Below, piece after piece: positions 1 through 12,019 of a stretch of DNA of 39,974 nucleotides. The position numbers were made by a program, and so were the translations under genes. The notes under the pieces are model-generated. The model saw nothing but the letters and a program-made list of their open reading frames with translations. It had not been told where the DNA came from and ran no database searches. Each line of letters opens with the position of its first letter. Position 1 is the stretch's first letter. Source of the DNA: Diploschistes diacapsis (taxonomy: Eukaryota); contig JALAIB010000052.1 in the NCBI GenBank assembly GCA_023645945.1, forward strand, positions 1 to 39,974, given 5' to 3'.

Positions 1-704
1 GGGGGGGAAGAAGGTGAACGTCTAAACTTCTCTGTTCTGAAATTCTGCTCTGGCTTTCTGATCTTGGTTGATCTGGACGGGGTATGCAGTGGTAGAATGT
101 ACAGGGGATGGGAAGGATGGTTGTTTCGTAGCGGTCGTCTAACTAGCACGGTGAGGAAGAGGCGTTTTCCCATTTTCTACCATGTTTAACTTTTTTTTTC
201 CGTTGTAGTAGTATGCTGGAACTGAGAATATGACTAGGACTGGGGGAACTGGGATTGGAGGAATGTCCATTTATACGATATAGCTAGCGAGGAGAAAAGT
301 GTCTTGATTTGGGATGCCTAGCGTTTGGGGCCGGAGAAAAGTGACATAGTAGAACAGAGACTCAATGCAGGCCTTGAGGCAAAGATTCAACTGGACACGA
401 GAACAGGAAGCCGTTGCTAGAGTAAAAGAACAACTATGATACATTCTCAACTGCCTGAAGCGTATTATGGTATAATGCTAAAGGATACACCAAAGTGGAA
501 AGAAATTTCCCCAGTAAAAGATCCGGCGCGCCAGCTGGATGAACATTATCCAAAGACGAACGACGTAAAGGAGCTTTTCCTATCCAATCCAACCCAACCT
601 GAACAACTTGGACAGAATAAGCGTGATAATAGTAACACAAATTGCGCCAACGCTGAAGCCACCATGTCCATGCCCTCCGCTCTTTCATTCATGCCTCTCT
701 CCCT

Positions 705-3700
705 CTACCCGAGCAGGCCGCCGAGCATACCTCCTCCGCTCTTACCCTTCTTCTTCTTATCGCCTCCGCCAAGCAGTGCATCCAGGCCGAGACCACCTAG
801 CAGTTTGTCGATGCCAAGTCCGCCCAGCAGACCGTTGACCAGCCCGCCGAGACCGAGGCCGCTGAGCAACTTGCCGACGAGACCCAAGACACCGGTGAGC
901 AACAGTCCGACGGCGGCGATGATCTGGAAAAGCGGCTCGCTCAGCAGACCCCACAGCGGGTTGAGCTTCTTCTTCGCGTGTGGCATGTCCGCGATGCGCT
1001 TCTTGCCGTTGTCGATGGTCTTGACGACCGTGCTGGTCAGCTCCTTCAACAACTCTGCCAGCTGGTGCTCCTCCTTTGTGGCTTCGCCCGTGCTGGCGCG
1101 TGCCTTGGCGGTGGCTTGAATGCTGCCGTCTGGGTCGAGGCCGCGGATCGCGCCGTTGCACTCCTGCAGGATACGTCCACCCTCCTCGAGAAGTGGCTTG
1201 ACGTCGTTGACGAGCTGCTCTTCGTCGAGCTCCTCTTTGGGTGTGCGGTCGGCTTTCTCGATGAGCTAAAGGTAAAGGGTTAGCAAACGATCGGACACAC
1301 AGCACGGTATTGAACAGGAAAGCGGGGCTTACATCGGTGATTTGCTTGCAGACGGGCTCGACACGATCCAGCGTCTGGCGAAGGATGTTAATCATTTTCC
1401 TTGCAACTTCGGCATTCTCTTCCCGCTTGCGCTGCTCCTCGAGCTCTTCCTCCGTTGGACCTTCTGGCTCCTCCTCCGGTATGTTCTCAATGAGGGTGCA
1501 TTCGCCAACTTTATTACCGTCGTTATCGACGACATATCCATTATCATCGACCTCCATGCCGACGAGAGTCGGCAAGTTGCCGGCCGTGACCCTTCCGAGA
1601 AGCTCACCATTCTCGTCACGGACCTCGCCATCCTTGTTAACCTTGTGGCCGGACATGGGGTTGACGTGGCGTTTTTTCTCCTCGGGTTCCCAGCGCTCGG
1701 CTTTGCCGATAGAATTGCCATTCTTGTCTAATATCTCACCGTCTTCATCGACCTTCCGACCTTGAAGTTTCTTCGGGTCACCCTCGATAACACGACCGAC
1801 GATGTTGCCAGCGGGGTCTTTGACCATACCTTCCTTGTCCACCGTAAGGTCGTCGAACGCAGCGAATGGACCCTCTCCACCGATTCGTTGTTGGTCGCCG
1901 GTTATAAGTTCTGCGTGGCCAATCACATTGCCAGCATCGTCCCAGATTTGGCCCTTGCCATCGACCTTGCGGCCAGCGAGCTTCTTCGGGTCACCTTCGG
2001 TTATGCGCCCAAAGATAGTACCGTTTTCGTCGACGACGTTGCCTTGCTTGTTGACGATTTTACCGGCCAACGCCGACAGATCAGCCACCTCCTCCTCCAC
2101 TTCAGGCTCTTCATAGGGCTCGGCATGACCCTTGACATTTCCGTACTTGTCGATAATGTCTCCATCCTCATCAACGGCACGGCCAACCAGTTTCTTAGGA
2201 TCGCCCTCGGTGACTTGACCAACGACGTTGCCTTCTTCATCTTCGACGAAGCCGTCCTTGCGGACAATGAGGCCCTCGAGCCCAGCGAAAGGACCCTCTG
2301 GCTTAGCTTCACGTTCATTCTCTGGAATAAGTTCGCAGCGACCGACAACCTTACCGGCATCATTCCATATCTGGCCTTCTTCATCGCACTTTCGGCCAGC
2401 AAGTTCTTTGGCGTTTCCTTCGACCAATCGGGCGATTGGAACTCCTTCGGGACCAATGACGTTTCCTTGCTTATTGACTGCGAGTCCCTTGAGGATCGAT
2501 AGGTCCACCTTCTCCGGCTCGGGTTCTTCTTCCTCTTCGTATCGTTCGGCGTGGCCGACAACGTTACCCTTCTTGTCAATCACGTCGCCGTCTTCGTCGA
2601 CAGCGCGACCGACAAGTTTCTTGGCATCGCCCTCGGTAATGATACCAACTCTGTTACCATTCTCATCTTCGACCCATCCATCCTTCACGACGATGAGACC
2701 TTCGAGACCCGCAAATGTACCCTCTTCCTCCTTGTCTTCTCGAGCGATAGTCTCAGCGCGACCGATAACGTTGCCACGGTTGTCCCAGAATTGACCCTCG
2801 GCGTCGCATTGGGCGCCCGACTTGGAAAGCTTCTTGGCATCACCCTCAACGAGTTTACCAACCGGGTTGCCATCAGCATCGACAATATAACCAGTCTTAT
2901 TAACTTTAAGGCCTTCGAGAATGGATAGCGGTGGAAGACCATCATCAGCGGCACCCTCGCCTTCTTCACCTCCCTCCTCGCCTTCTCCTTCTTCGCCTTC
3001 TTGACCAGCCTGCTGAGCCAATTCTCCGATGAGTTCGACCTTGCCGATGACGTTGCCGTCCTTGTCAAGGATTTCACCCTTTTCGTTAAGCTTCTTGCCG
3101 CGAACGTCGTCCAGCTCACCCTCGGACAGTCTAGCAACAGGCTCACCGTCCTCGTTGAGAACCTCACCATTCTTGTTAACCTTGAGTCCTTCGAGCTGGG
3201 CAAGGGCTTCTTTGGCTTGGTCCGCGGCTTCCTTGGCGGTGTCGGCGGCCTCTTCGGCTCCCTTTTCGGCTTCCTGAGCCTGTTCAGCCTCTTCAGCTCC
3301 CTTTTCGGCTTCCTGAGCTTGTTCGGCCTGTTCGACAAGCTCTGGGTGCAACTCTTTCATAGCGTCAACAGCCGCATCACCTTCAACAACCTCGACACGG
3401 CCAATCACCTCACCCTTGCTATTGAGGATCTCACCCTTCTCGTTCGGAATCTTGCCGATGCACTGCTTGACATCGGAATCTTCGCTTAGTTGGCCAATAA
3501 CTTCACCTTCCTCGTCAAGGATCTTACCCTTCTTGTTGACCTTCTTGCCGGAGAAGATGGAGGCATCAGGAGTAACCTCGCCCTCGTCAGCGTCCTCCGC
3601 CTGTTGAGCAAGAGCTTCAGCACGCCCAATGACATCACCGTCCTCATCAAGCACCTCACCCTTGTCATTGAGTGTTTGGCCAGCAAAGTTGGCTGGATCA

Positions 3701-5892
3701 CCTTCTGTGATCTTGCCAACCACTTCGCCTTCAGCGTTCTTGATGTCGCCGTCCTCGCCAACCTCAAGGCCCTTCAGAATGCCGATATCAGGAACATATT
3801 CTTGCGGCTTGTCAGTTGCCTCGCCCGCTGCCTCGCCGGCTTCATCTTCTCCGCCTTCGGCAGCCTCTTCGGCAGCCTCTTCGGCCTCCGGCTTGACTTC
3901 TTGGGGAAGGACTTCGGCGCGTCCAATAGCGTCTCCGTCTTCGTCGAGAACTTCACCGTTTTCGTTGACGGTCTGACCGACCAAGTCCTCTGGATTGCCT
4001 TCGTTGACCCTACCAACAACATTGCCAGACTTGTCGAGGATGTCTCCGTTCTCTTGGACTTCGAGACCCTTGAGGATGCTGATGTCCGGAAGGTATGTTT
4101 CGACTTGGTCGGCAGCGTCCTCGGCAGTGTCTTCGGCGCTCTCCTCCGCTTTTTCTGGTAGTGTAGTGGCGCGGCCGATGAGATCACCGTCTTCATCGAG
4201 GATCTCTCCATTGTCGCCAATCGTCTTGCCTGCAAGATCTTCCGGGTCACCATCCGTGAGCTTGCCGATCGGATTGCCATCTTTGTCAAGGATGCTTCCA
4301 CCTTCGCCGACTTCGAGACCTTTGAGAACGGAAAGATCGGGAAGATTGTCTTGAGCTTTATCGGCTGCGTCATCAGCGTCTTCTGGAGCTGCGTCCTTGA
4401 CTTTGTCGGCTGCGTCATCAGCGTCTTCTGGACCTGCGTCCTTGGCTTTGTCGGCTGCACCTTCAGCGGCTTCTCCAGCTTCATGAGCCGGGTCTTCTGC
4501 GCCTTCCACAGCATCTTCGGCAGTACCTTTAGCGTCATCAGCTTTGTCTTTTGCGCCTTCCGCAGTGTCCTCTGCAGATTCTTTAGCATCGGCAGCTGTG
4601 TCTGGGGCATCTTCCGCGCTATCTTTGGCGTCATCAGCTTTGCCTTGAGCGCCTTCCGTAGCATCTTCCGTCTTGTTTTTAGCATCATCCGCTGTGTCTT
4701 GCGCATCCCTAGCAGTATCTTCGGCAGTATCTTTCACGCCATCTGCAGTATCTTCGGCAGTATCTTTCACACCATCTGCAGTGTCTTCGGCAGTACCTTC
4801 CGCATCCTCTGCAGTATCCTCGGCAGTGTCTTTGGCATCGCCAGCTGTGTCCTCGGCAGTGTCTTTGGCATCGTCAGCCGTATCCTCGGCAGTGTCTTTG
4901 GCATCCTCGGCTGCGTCCTGGGCACCTTCGGCGGTATCTTTGGCGTCTTCGGCTGTGTCCTGCGCACCATCTGCAGCGTCTTCACCAGCGCCCTTGGCGG
5001 CGTCAGCAACATCACCTTGTCCAGCTTTACTTGCAGCATTGGAGGCGGTATCTTTGGCCCCACCAGCTTTGCCCGCAGCCTTGGTCGCCGTGCCCTTGGC
5101 ACCATCGGTGGCATCTTTGGCTTTACCGGTCGCTTCTTCCGCCTGGTCTTGTGCACCCTCGGTGTCGGGAGTTTCTTCGCCCGCATCGGCAGCGGTATCC
5201 TCGGCCGTGTCTTCGGCCGTGTCCTGGGCTTTACCGGTAGTCTCTTCACCTTCGTCTACCGACTTTGGCGCAGCCTCTTCCCGATCGGTCGACTCTGCTG
5301 CATCGCGTCCAACCTGGCTGACCTTTTTGTCAGGCGCATCGGTGTCTTCGTCGTCGCCCTCGTTCTCTTCATCTTCCATGCCGATCTTTCGGGTAGTCTC
5401 CTCGGAAGTGTCCTCTGCGGACTCGGTAGATTGCTCGGCCTTGGACTTTGTGTCGGTGGTGGTGTTCTTAGCTTTGTCGGCAGCGTCGTCGCCGGCTTTC
5501 GGCCGCGGCGGGAGTTTGGGCGAGCGGCCCGTTGCGCCCTTGGACTGATCCTTTACACTCTGGGCAGCGTTCTTGGGAGTGGAAGCTCCGCTCTTGGCCT
5601 TGTCGCCGGCTTCGCCTGCCTGATTCAGTTTCGGGGTGGTGTTGGAACCGGGGTTTTTGCCGGATTTGGTAGGCGTGCTAGGGAGTTTGGGTGCCTTTCC
5701 GGCAGCCGGTGATGGAGCCATTGCGGTGGGGGTGGGAGTGGAGGTTCCGGCCGAATTTGCAGATTTCTGGGAGGCAACGGAGTGACTTCTGTTGCTTCGC
5801 GAGCTGCTCGGGGTCGGAGAGGCGCGGTTGGGAGTCGGGGGGAAAGAGTAATAGGCGTAGGAGCTCGTTCTGGAATGGGTATCACTGGGCAT
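705..5892 (-). CDS. Large acidic repeat protein, fungal 'LEA domain' type (DUF3659-like repeats plus C-terminal helical/Gly-Leu domain); 2 exons, intron 1266-1332
   Basis: Long ORF with 11-aa A/D/E/K/T repeats and many 'L.GLKVNK.G.I.D..G..IG...EGD.K.L.G...DE.G.I.D..GNVIG.AE' repeats. Intron GTAAGC...CTAAC...TAG joins CKQITD to LIEKADRTPKEELDEE and into the 705..1052 ORF (...GGMLGGLLG*). First ATG is 5892 (the ORF track starts at a TTG); an alternative ATG is at 5721. Confidence 0.88.
4370..4985 (-). repeat. Coding tandem repeat, mostly 33-bp unit (AEDTADDAKDT-like, LEA-like 11-mers)
   Basis: Recurring tcggcagtgtctttggcatc / cggcagtatctttcac at about 33-bp spacing. Confidence 0.85.
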
Positions 5893-6080
5893 ATACAATC
5901 AAATAGACATTAAAGCTAGCCTAGGCGTGTGAGTGAGTGGCTAGCAAGCTTCGGATGTTGTTGTACAAATACTCTTATGCAAAGAGAATTAGGAGGGAGA
6001 TCAACAGTAATAAGAATTGAGAGAGACAGGGAAGGGGAAAAGGAGTAAGCAGGGCAGGTATTAATGGAGGAATTGAGCGG

Positions 6081-6088
6081 CTACGTCA
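6081..6088 (-). promoter_or_regulatory. CRE-like site (TGACGTAG) ~190 bp upstream of the LEA-like gene
   Basis: ctacgtca on the + strand matches the ATF/CREB (AtfA/Atf1-type) core TGACGT. Short motif that could occur by chance. Confidence 0.3.
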
Positions 6089-6884
6089 CATGGACGGCGC
6101 TAGTAGTACTTGCAACAAGGTAAAAACCAGACAGAGATGATGTGAGGTGAGTGAGTGAGTGAGCGAGCAGGGGGAGGGAGGAAGCTCCGCAAGTTAGTGG
6201 ATGGGGGGGGGAGCTTTGGCCAGCGAATTTGCGCTGTATATCCATGCATGTTGCACTACTTGTTGTTCCTGTCCCTGTGCTGGAGCAGCGAGCAACATCT
6301 CCCGGGCCATGTGGCTGGGCGATTGAATGGTGAACACGAGCTGCCTCATTCTGGGAGGCATTGCGTCAGTACTCGATACGTGTCTCTCCTAATCTCGTAC
6401 TTTCACGTTCTCGAGGAAAGGCCGAGAAGGATAAATAAAGAGTGCTGCGGGGTCGTGTCCATTGAAGGTAGCACGGGGGAAGTGGCTGGAGCAGTGTGCA
6501 TCGGTCGATGGCTGTGCCAATAGTAGTAGTTACAGGTTACAGCAGCAGTTAGTGGTGGCTAGTGACGAGAGGCTTGGAAGATGGGGGAATGGGGGAATGG
6601 GAAGAATCAGATCTTCACGCTAGAGCGGGTAGCAGCCTGAGAATGGATAATGAATTGCCAATTTATCCAACGGCTGATTGGCTGATTGGATACCCAATTC
6701 TTGAAATTCGAGACGGGTGAATGTGAATGGACGGTGGGGCTTGTGGCTGACGGCAGGAGAGTGAGAGTACAAGTACAGAGTAAGTAGTAAGTAGTGGCTT
6801 GGTCCTTGATATTTCCCAGAAACTTGCCATAACCCCTGCCCTACACTTTTGATTCGTTGAGGTAATAAGGGTGAAGCAGAACGA

Positions 6885-6913
6885 CGTCATCGTCACCATT
6901 GTCACCATTGTCA

Positions 6914-6954
<41 letters not shown>

Positions 6955-6974
6955 ATCGTCATCATCGTCATCGT
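6885..6974. repeat. Imperfect (CATCGT)n / (CAT)n microsatellite
   Basis: Directly visible; it generates the spurious poly-S, IV and MT ORFs in the track. Confidence 0.95.
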
Positions 6975-7331
6975 TTGGAATTTCACAACCGACGTCATCC
7001 TACTCCCCCTCCGAGTATACCGAGGCCATGGCTCTTATGAGAAGAGACATTACCTCTGTTCTTTTTATGCAACTCATCTTCATTCCATTATTGCCTGTCC
7101 GCTGCTCTGTCGCGGGAGCCGAAACCTTGCCCTGACGATGGAAGGGAAGCGCAGAAAGCGGGTTGAAAAACAGGGAAGACTTGCAAGTGTAACTTTGTAC
7201 CTTTTGCAATCCTCTGCCTTGGAGTTAGCCTCATAGATTCTCACATTATGGCTCTGTCAGTAATAATCGTTCAAGTCGACTTGAACTCTGTATATAGTCT
7301 AAACCCAGAACCTACTAGTAGCCAAAGCTGA

Positions 7332-9397
7332 ATGCCCCTGAACAAAGTGTGGGCGGGACTGCACCAGTGTCTGCCCTATCCCCGCAATCGCTCCTCACCC
7401 CACCATGAAGACGCCGCCATGCGGCCGAGGCTCGCTGACAGGACGAAATCAGAGAAGCATCATCAGGATTATCTCGACAAGCTGGCTGTACCAAGTCTGC
7501 AGGCCGTTGAGCACATCGCCAGGGTACAGGAGGAGAATGAAAAGGAGATCGAAAAGAAGTACGAGCGGGTTCATGAAGGAGGAGAGGGCGATGGCAAGCC
7601 AATTGAAGCCGACCGACGTGACAAAGCAGCCAGCACGATCCAGGTATAAGGGCACACACTGTCACGGCTTGGATGCAACGTTAAAGGGCTAATCTTTTTC
7701 GTAGCGCAATTACAAAGGATACAAGCTAAGACGGGAGCTCTCGGGCCTCAGTCTGCACCCTGCAGCGCGCTGGACCGAGGCCATCAAGCAGGCACAGTAC
7801 CAGAGACTTACAACCCCTCGCAAACCACAAGCTTCGGAGCGTCCTGATAGCTCGGGTGCTGAGTCCCCGGCCAAGCAGAAGTGGAAGCGTATCAGCAAGA
7901 TCACTCAGCATGCACAAGGCGAGTCCCTCATTCCGACAGCAGCGTCCTCGAGCGAGAACGATCATGGCACTGTACCGGGCAAGCTTGCTCACAAGCATCG
8001 CCAGCATGTTCGGCAGAAAGAGAAGGAAATATGGAAGGGCAAGATGATGGACCTGCCTTACTTTCTGGAGATGGTCGATCTGAAGCATCGATATGGGAGC
8101 AACCTGCGATCCTATCATGCTGAATGGAAGAAGACCGATACCAATGAGAACTTCTTCTACTGGCTCGATCGGGGCGAGGGGAAGAACGTTGAGATCCCGA
8201 GCTGCAGCCGCGAGCGGCTCGAGCGTGAACAGGTACGATATCTGAGCCGAGAGGAGCGGCTGCAGTACCTGGTCGTGGTCGACAATGAAGGCAAACTTTG
8301 TTGGCGGAAGAATGGCCAACCAATAGATACAACAGAGGACTACCGTGATAGCGTGCAAGGTATAGTCGCGGTCGGCGATCCGATCAAGGCCTACCGCGAG
8401 GAAGAACTCGAGGATCTCGAAAAGGCCAGCGGAAAGCAGCAGCAGAAGAACAACCCGAGCCGGCCCACCTCTTCAACCCCCCCAAAAATCGACTCTGCGG
8501 ATACCGCCTCCCTATCCTCGAGATCCTCTTCCGCCTCGCTCTCCTCCGAAGGCTCCAAGCGCTACCCTGATCCCCCAGACATCCACCGCACCCGCGGCCT
8601 CGCCAAACTCAAAACCGTCTCCCCCCACCTGATCCTCAACCGCCTGATGCGCACGACGATAACGAAAAATACCTGGATCTTTGTCGCTGACACCTCGATG
8701 AACCTCTACGTCGGCATCAAGCAATCGGGAGTCTTCCAACACTCCTCTTTCCTCCACGGCTCCCGCATTTCGGCCGCAGGACTCATCAAGATCAAGAACG
8801 GCCAGCTGCGGAGCCTGAGCCCACTCAGCGGCCACTACAGGCCTCCTGCAGAAGGTAAATACTGACAATCTATTTCCCACCCTTTCTTGTTTTTGGTGGA
8901 TACTAAACGAGCCACTCCAAATAGCGTTCAGGCACTTCGTGCACCACCTAAAGGACCAAGGCGTCGACATGAGCCGAGTCAGCATCTCCAAAGCCTACGC
9001 CGTGCTCGTCGGCCTGGAAGCGTACAGTTCCTCCAAGCGGCGTGTGCACAGAGCAGGCCACAGGGTGAAGGTGAGCGTGGAGCGCGTCGTGGCGCCAGAG
9101 AAGGCCAAGGAGAGGGCGGAGAGGGAGAAGGATCCGAGTCGTAGCGCGAGGCCGGAGGAGGAGAGGGTGCGGGAGACAGAGGCCCGTAAGGGTACGGGGT
9201 TGGAGAGGGTGCTGAGGGAGGCTAAGGAGAAGGTGGCCGCGTTGGACGGGACGGACGAGGGTGAGGGTGAAGGCGAGGCCATGGCGGAGGTGGAGGAAGG
9301 GAAGATGGAGGGGGCTGGAGCAAGGCAGTTGAAGGGTTCGAGGACGGGAAGGGACGAGCAGGCAGAAAAGGTTGCTGGGGGAAGAGGGGGGAGCTAG
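7332..9397 (+). CDS. IQ calmodulin-binding motif protein (IQM-like); introns 7644-7704 and 8855-8924
   Basis: Splicing creates the IQ motif AASTIQ|RNYKGYKLRREL. Family-like blocks YFLEMVDLKHRYGSNLRSYH, FFYWLDRGEG, WIFVADTS, FQHSSFL..G, SPLSGHYRPPAE|AFRHFVHHLKDQGVDMSRV. Both introns restore the frame. Start codon uncertain. Confidence 0.88.
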
Positions 9398-9965
9398 TAA
9401 ACCGAAAACTGGAGGAAAGGCGGCTGCCCATGCTCTGGAGGACGCGGGTAATGCCAGAGAGGACCTCGAGTACTAATCACAGCCAGGCTGCGCCGGCCGC
9501 AGATTTTTTGACGAGCGAGCTTCGTTTGGCTTTTGTACATATAATTACCGTAACTTCAATAAAGTATATTTGATGTGCTATGGCCCGTTCTTATCGGCAA
9601 CTATCGAAAAGAATTAGCAACCGGTTACATGTCTTTGCGATGGGCAGGTTGTATTTACAGGAAGTAGCAAAAGCCACAGCATATGGATAAAACTCATGAT
9701 ACGCGACAATGAAAATCTGCTGAGCTACCGAAGATAAGTCTACGAGTTACCTGGAAGGCAGCAGCTTGGTACCAGCAGTTCGATGGGCTTGCTAAGCGAT
9801 GGGCCAGCGGTGCGCGTGAAAGCCCACCTCGAGGACTCGGAGCGGAGACGCAGGAAGTAACTGGTAGCCAGTCAAGTGAACCGTTGCTTCCAAAGGCTCC
9901 GGAGACCCGTCGAGCGCTGCAGAGTCGGCCTGGTACGGCAGCACAGCCAGAGTACACGGGATCCC

Positions 9966-11590
9966 TCAGCCCTGGTGATGCTCCTCGCCCTCGTCCCCGT
10001 CCCCGTCCTCGTCCTCGCTTCCTCCCCTGTCCTCGACATCTTCCTCATCCGCGTCTTCGGGCTCCCCTATCTCCTCGTCGTCGTCTTCTCCGTCTCCCTC
10101 GAACGGCTCCCCCATCGCCTCGTCGTCGTCTCCGTCTTCATCTTCGTCACTCCCGCTGTCGTCGCCGTCGCCAAGCATGCCAAGGACCTCCTTGAACGCG
10201 CCGACGACCTGGTCCCCTATAGCCACCAACATTAGCCATCCTCTGACTGACTCCCGACAGCCAATACCTCTCATCATCCCTTGGCACCCCGAGCACCCGC
10301 GCCCACACAAAAAGGTACAACAGAAGAAGAAAACACCAGAACTCACGATGCTCCTCCTTCGCCCTCAACCCCTCCTCCTCCTGCCGCAGCTTCGCCATCC
10401 TCGTCCTCAGCCTCGCGTCCGCGCGCTCCCACTCCCGCGTCTTGGCCACCTCCAGCCAGCACGCCAGCATGCCCAGCAGCTGCTCGTGGCGCTGCTCGCA
10501 CCGCTGCAGCTCCGCCTTGATCGCCGCGTCTTGGGACGCTCGGCGCGCTAGGAAGTCTGCGACGTCGAAGGAAGGCAGCGGAGCGTTGGCGACTGCTGCG
10601 GCGCTGGCGCCGGCTGAGGAGGCTGGGATCTGGGCCCTTTGGGGCTTGCGCTTGTTTGAGCTTTTGAGCTTCCTCTTCTTTGGTTTTTTGCTCGAGATGG
10701 GGCCAGTGGAGCCTGTGTTAGTGGTGCTGGTGGCATCCTTGGGAATCAAATCACTCCTGGGGTTTGAAAGAGGGCGACCTTTGCCTTTAACTTTGCCAAT
10801 GGCGCCGGTGGCGGAAGAGACAGTGTCGGACTGGATGTCGTCCGAGTCGTTGTCGTCGCCTTTACCACCGCGGAGGAAAGTGCCGAGACTAGTCAGTCCG
10901 GCGTCTGCGAAAGGATTGCCGGCGGCGAGACCAGTGAAACCTGGGCTTGAAGTTGCGCGGCTGAGGTAAGCAGCTGCCGCATTCGTGTTACCTGCGTCTG
11001 TACTAGGTGTGATGCTGACACTGGAGTGCATCGAGAAGCTGTGCTTCCCAGCCAAGTTGTGTTTACTAGAGTCATTCCGCTTGGGTTTGAGGTTGAAATA
11101 CCCGGACCGAGCCTTCTTCGCATTGCGGATGATCTTTCCGTCCTCTGTCAGGGCCGGAGATTCGTCATCGTGAAGAGCAGCACGAAAGTGGGCGACGTCT
11201 TCCTCGGACTTGAAGCCTTCGGAGCCAAGTCCTTGGTCTCCGCTACTCTCGCCAGCGCTATTGCGATGACCAGAAATATCAGTGGTACCGAAACGAAGTG
11301 TCGCGTGTGCCTCTGGCTTAATCTTCGCGGGTAGGCCCTCTTCCAGAGCCTGAGAAGCAGTAGTCTAGGAAGTTGTGAGCAGGCTCACATGTGCTGGTCA
11401 ACGTGGAAGTTACCTGAGCACCTAGACCATGCTTTCGATCATTTTTGTGGCCCGGCTCAGTGGTCCTTTCCGTAGGCTCGATCTTGATCTTAGCCGCGTG
11501 GGTTTTGTTAATTGATAATGGTGGCGGCGAGAAAGATCCACGAGGGCCATCATCGAAGGCTATATCAATAGGAGAGCCTGCTTCAGACAT
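9966..11590 (-). CDS. Hypothetical low-complexity protein with basic NLS-like patch, coiled coil and acidic tail; introns 11365-11413 and 10217-10346
   Basis: Two canonical GT-AG introns with branch sites join the ORFs 11318..11590, 10147..11055 and 9966..10346 in frame (GLGAQ|TTASQ; EEHR|DQVVGAF). Contains KKPKKRKLK and a D/E-rich C terminus. The true start may lie further upstream. Confidence 0.65.
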
Positions 11591-12019
11591 GCTGGTGACG
11601 GACTTATGGAAGGCACTGACACCTTTGGGATTTCCTGCGAAGCCTATCGAGTTAGGGTTTCCCGAAAGCCTTGAGGATAGTTCTCGATGAAAATTATGGT
11701 TAGGGTATGTAGGATTGGAAACCTAGTGTTTTGTTCAGGCCTTTCGAAAGGAGGGTTTGTGGTTGGAGCCTTCTTCCTTCACAAAGACGAGATATGATTT
11801 CTGCGAGCGGAACATGATTGTAAGATTTGGTGTGATTGAAAGTTCAAGTGGTTTTGAAGGTGCTACATTTTCTATCGTGAGCTGTGGAATGAGGTGTCGT
11901 TGACTGTAACAAATGGTCAAGTGAAAGAGAAAACGACCCGGAATTGTTAGGCTTTAAGCCTAGAAATATCACGTTACTTGTAGACATTCTCCATAAGTCT
12001 AAGTAAAGATAACAAAAAA

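Noticed and set aside
757..1332. Arg-rich C terminus of the 1713-aa ORF
   Set aside because: Read-through of intron 1266-1332 into the wrong frame.
4370..4985. Regularly spaced repeats resembling a CRISPR array
   Set aside because: In-frame coding tandem repeats without unique spacers, in a eukaryotic gene.
436..5712. Many long + strand ORFs (e.g. 4351..5712, 453 aa)
   Set aside because: Antisense shadows of the repetitive, codon-biased LEA-like gene.
6663..7236. Poly-Ser, IV-repeat and MT-repeat ORFs
   Set aside because: Translations of the CATCGT microsatellite.
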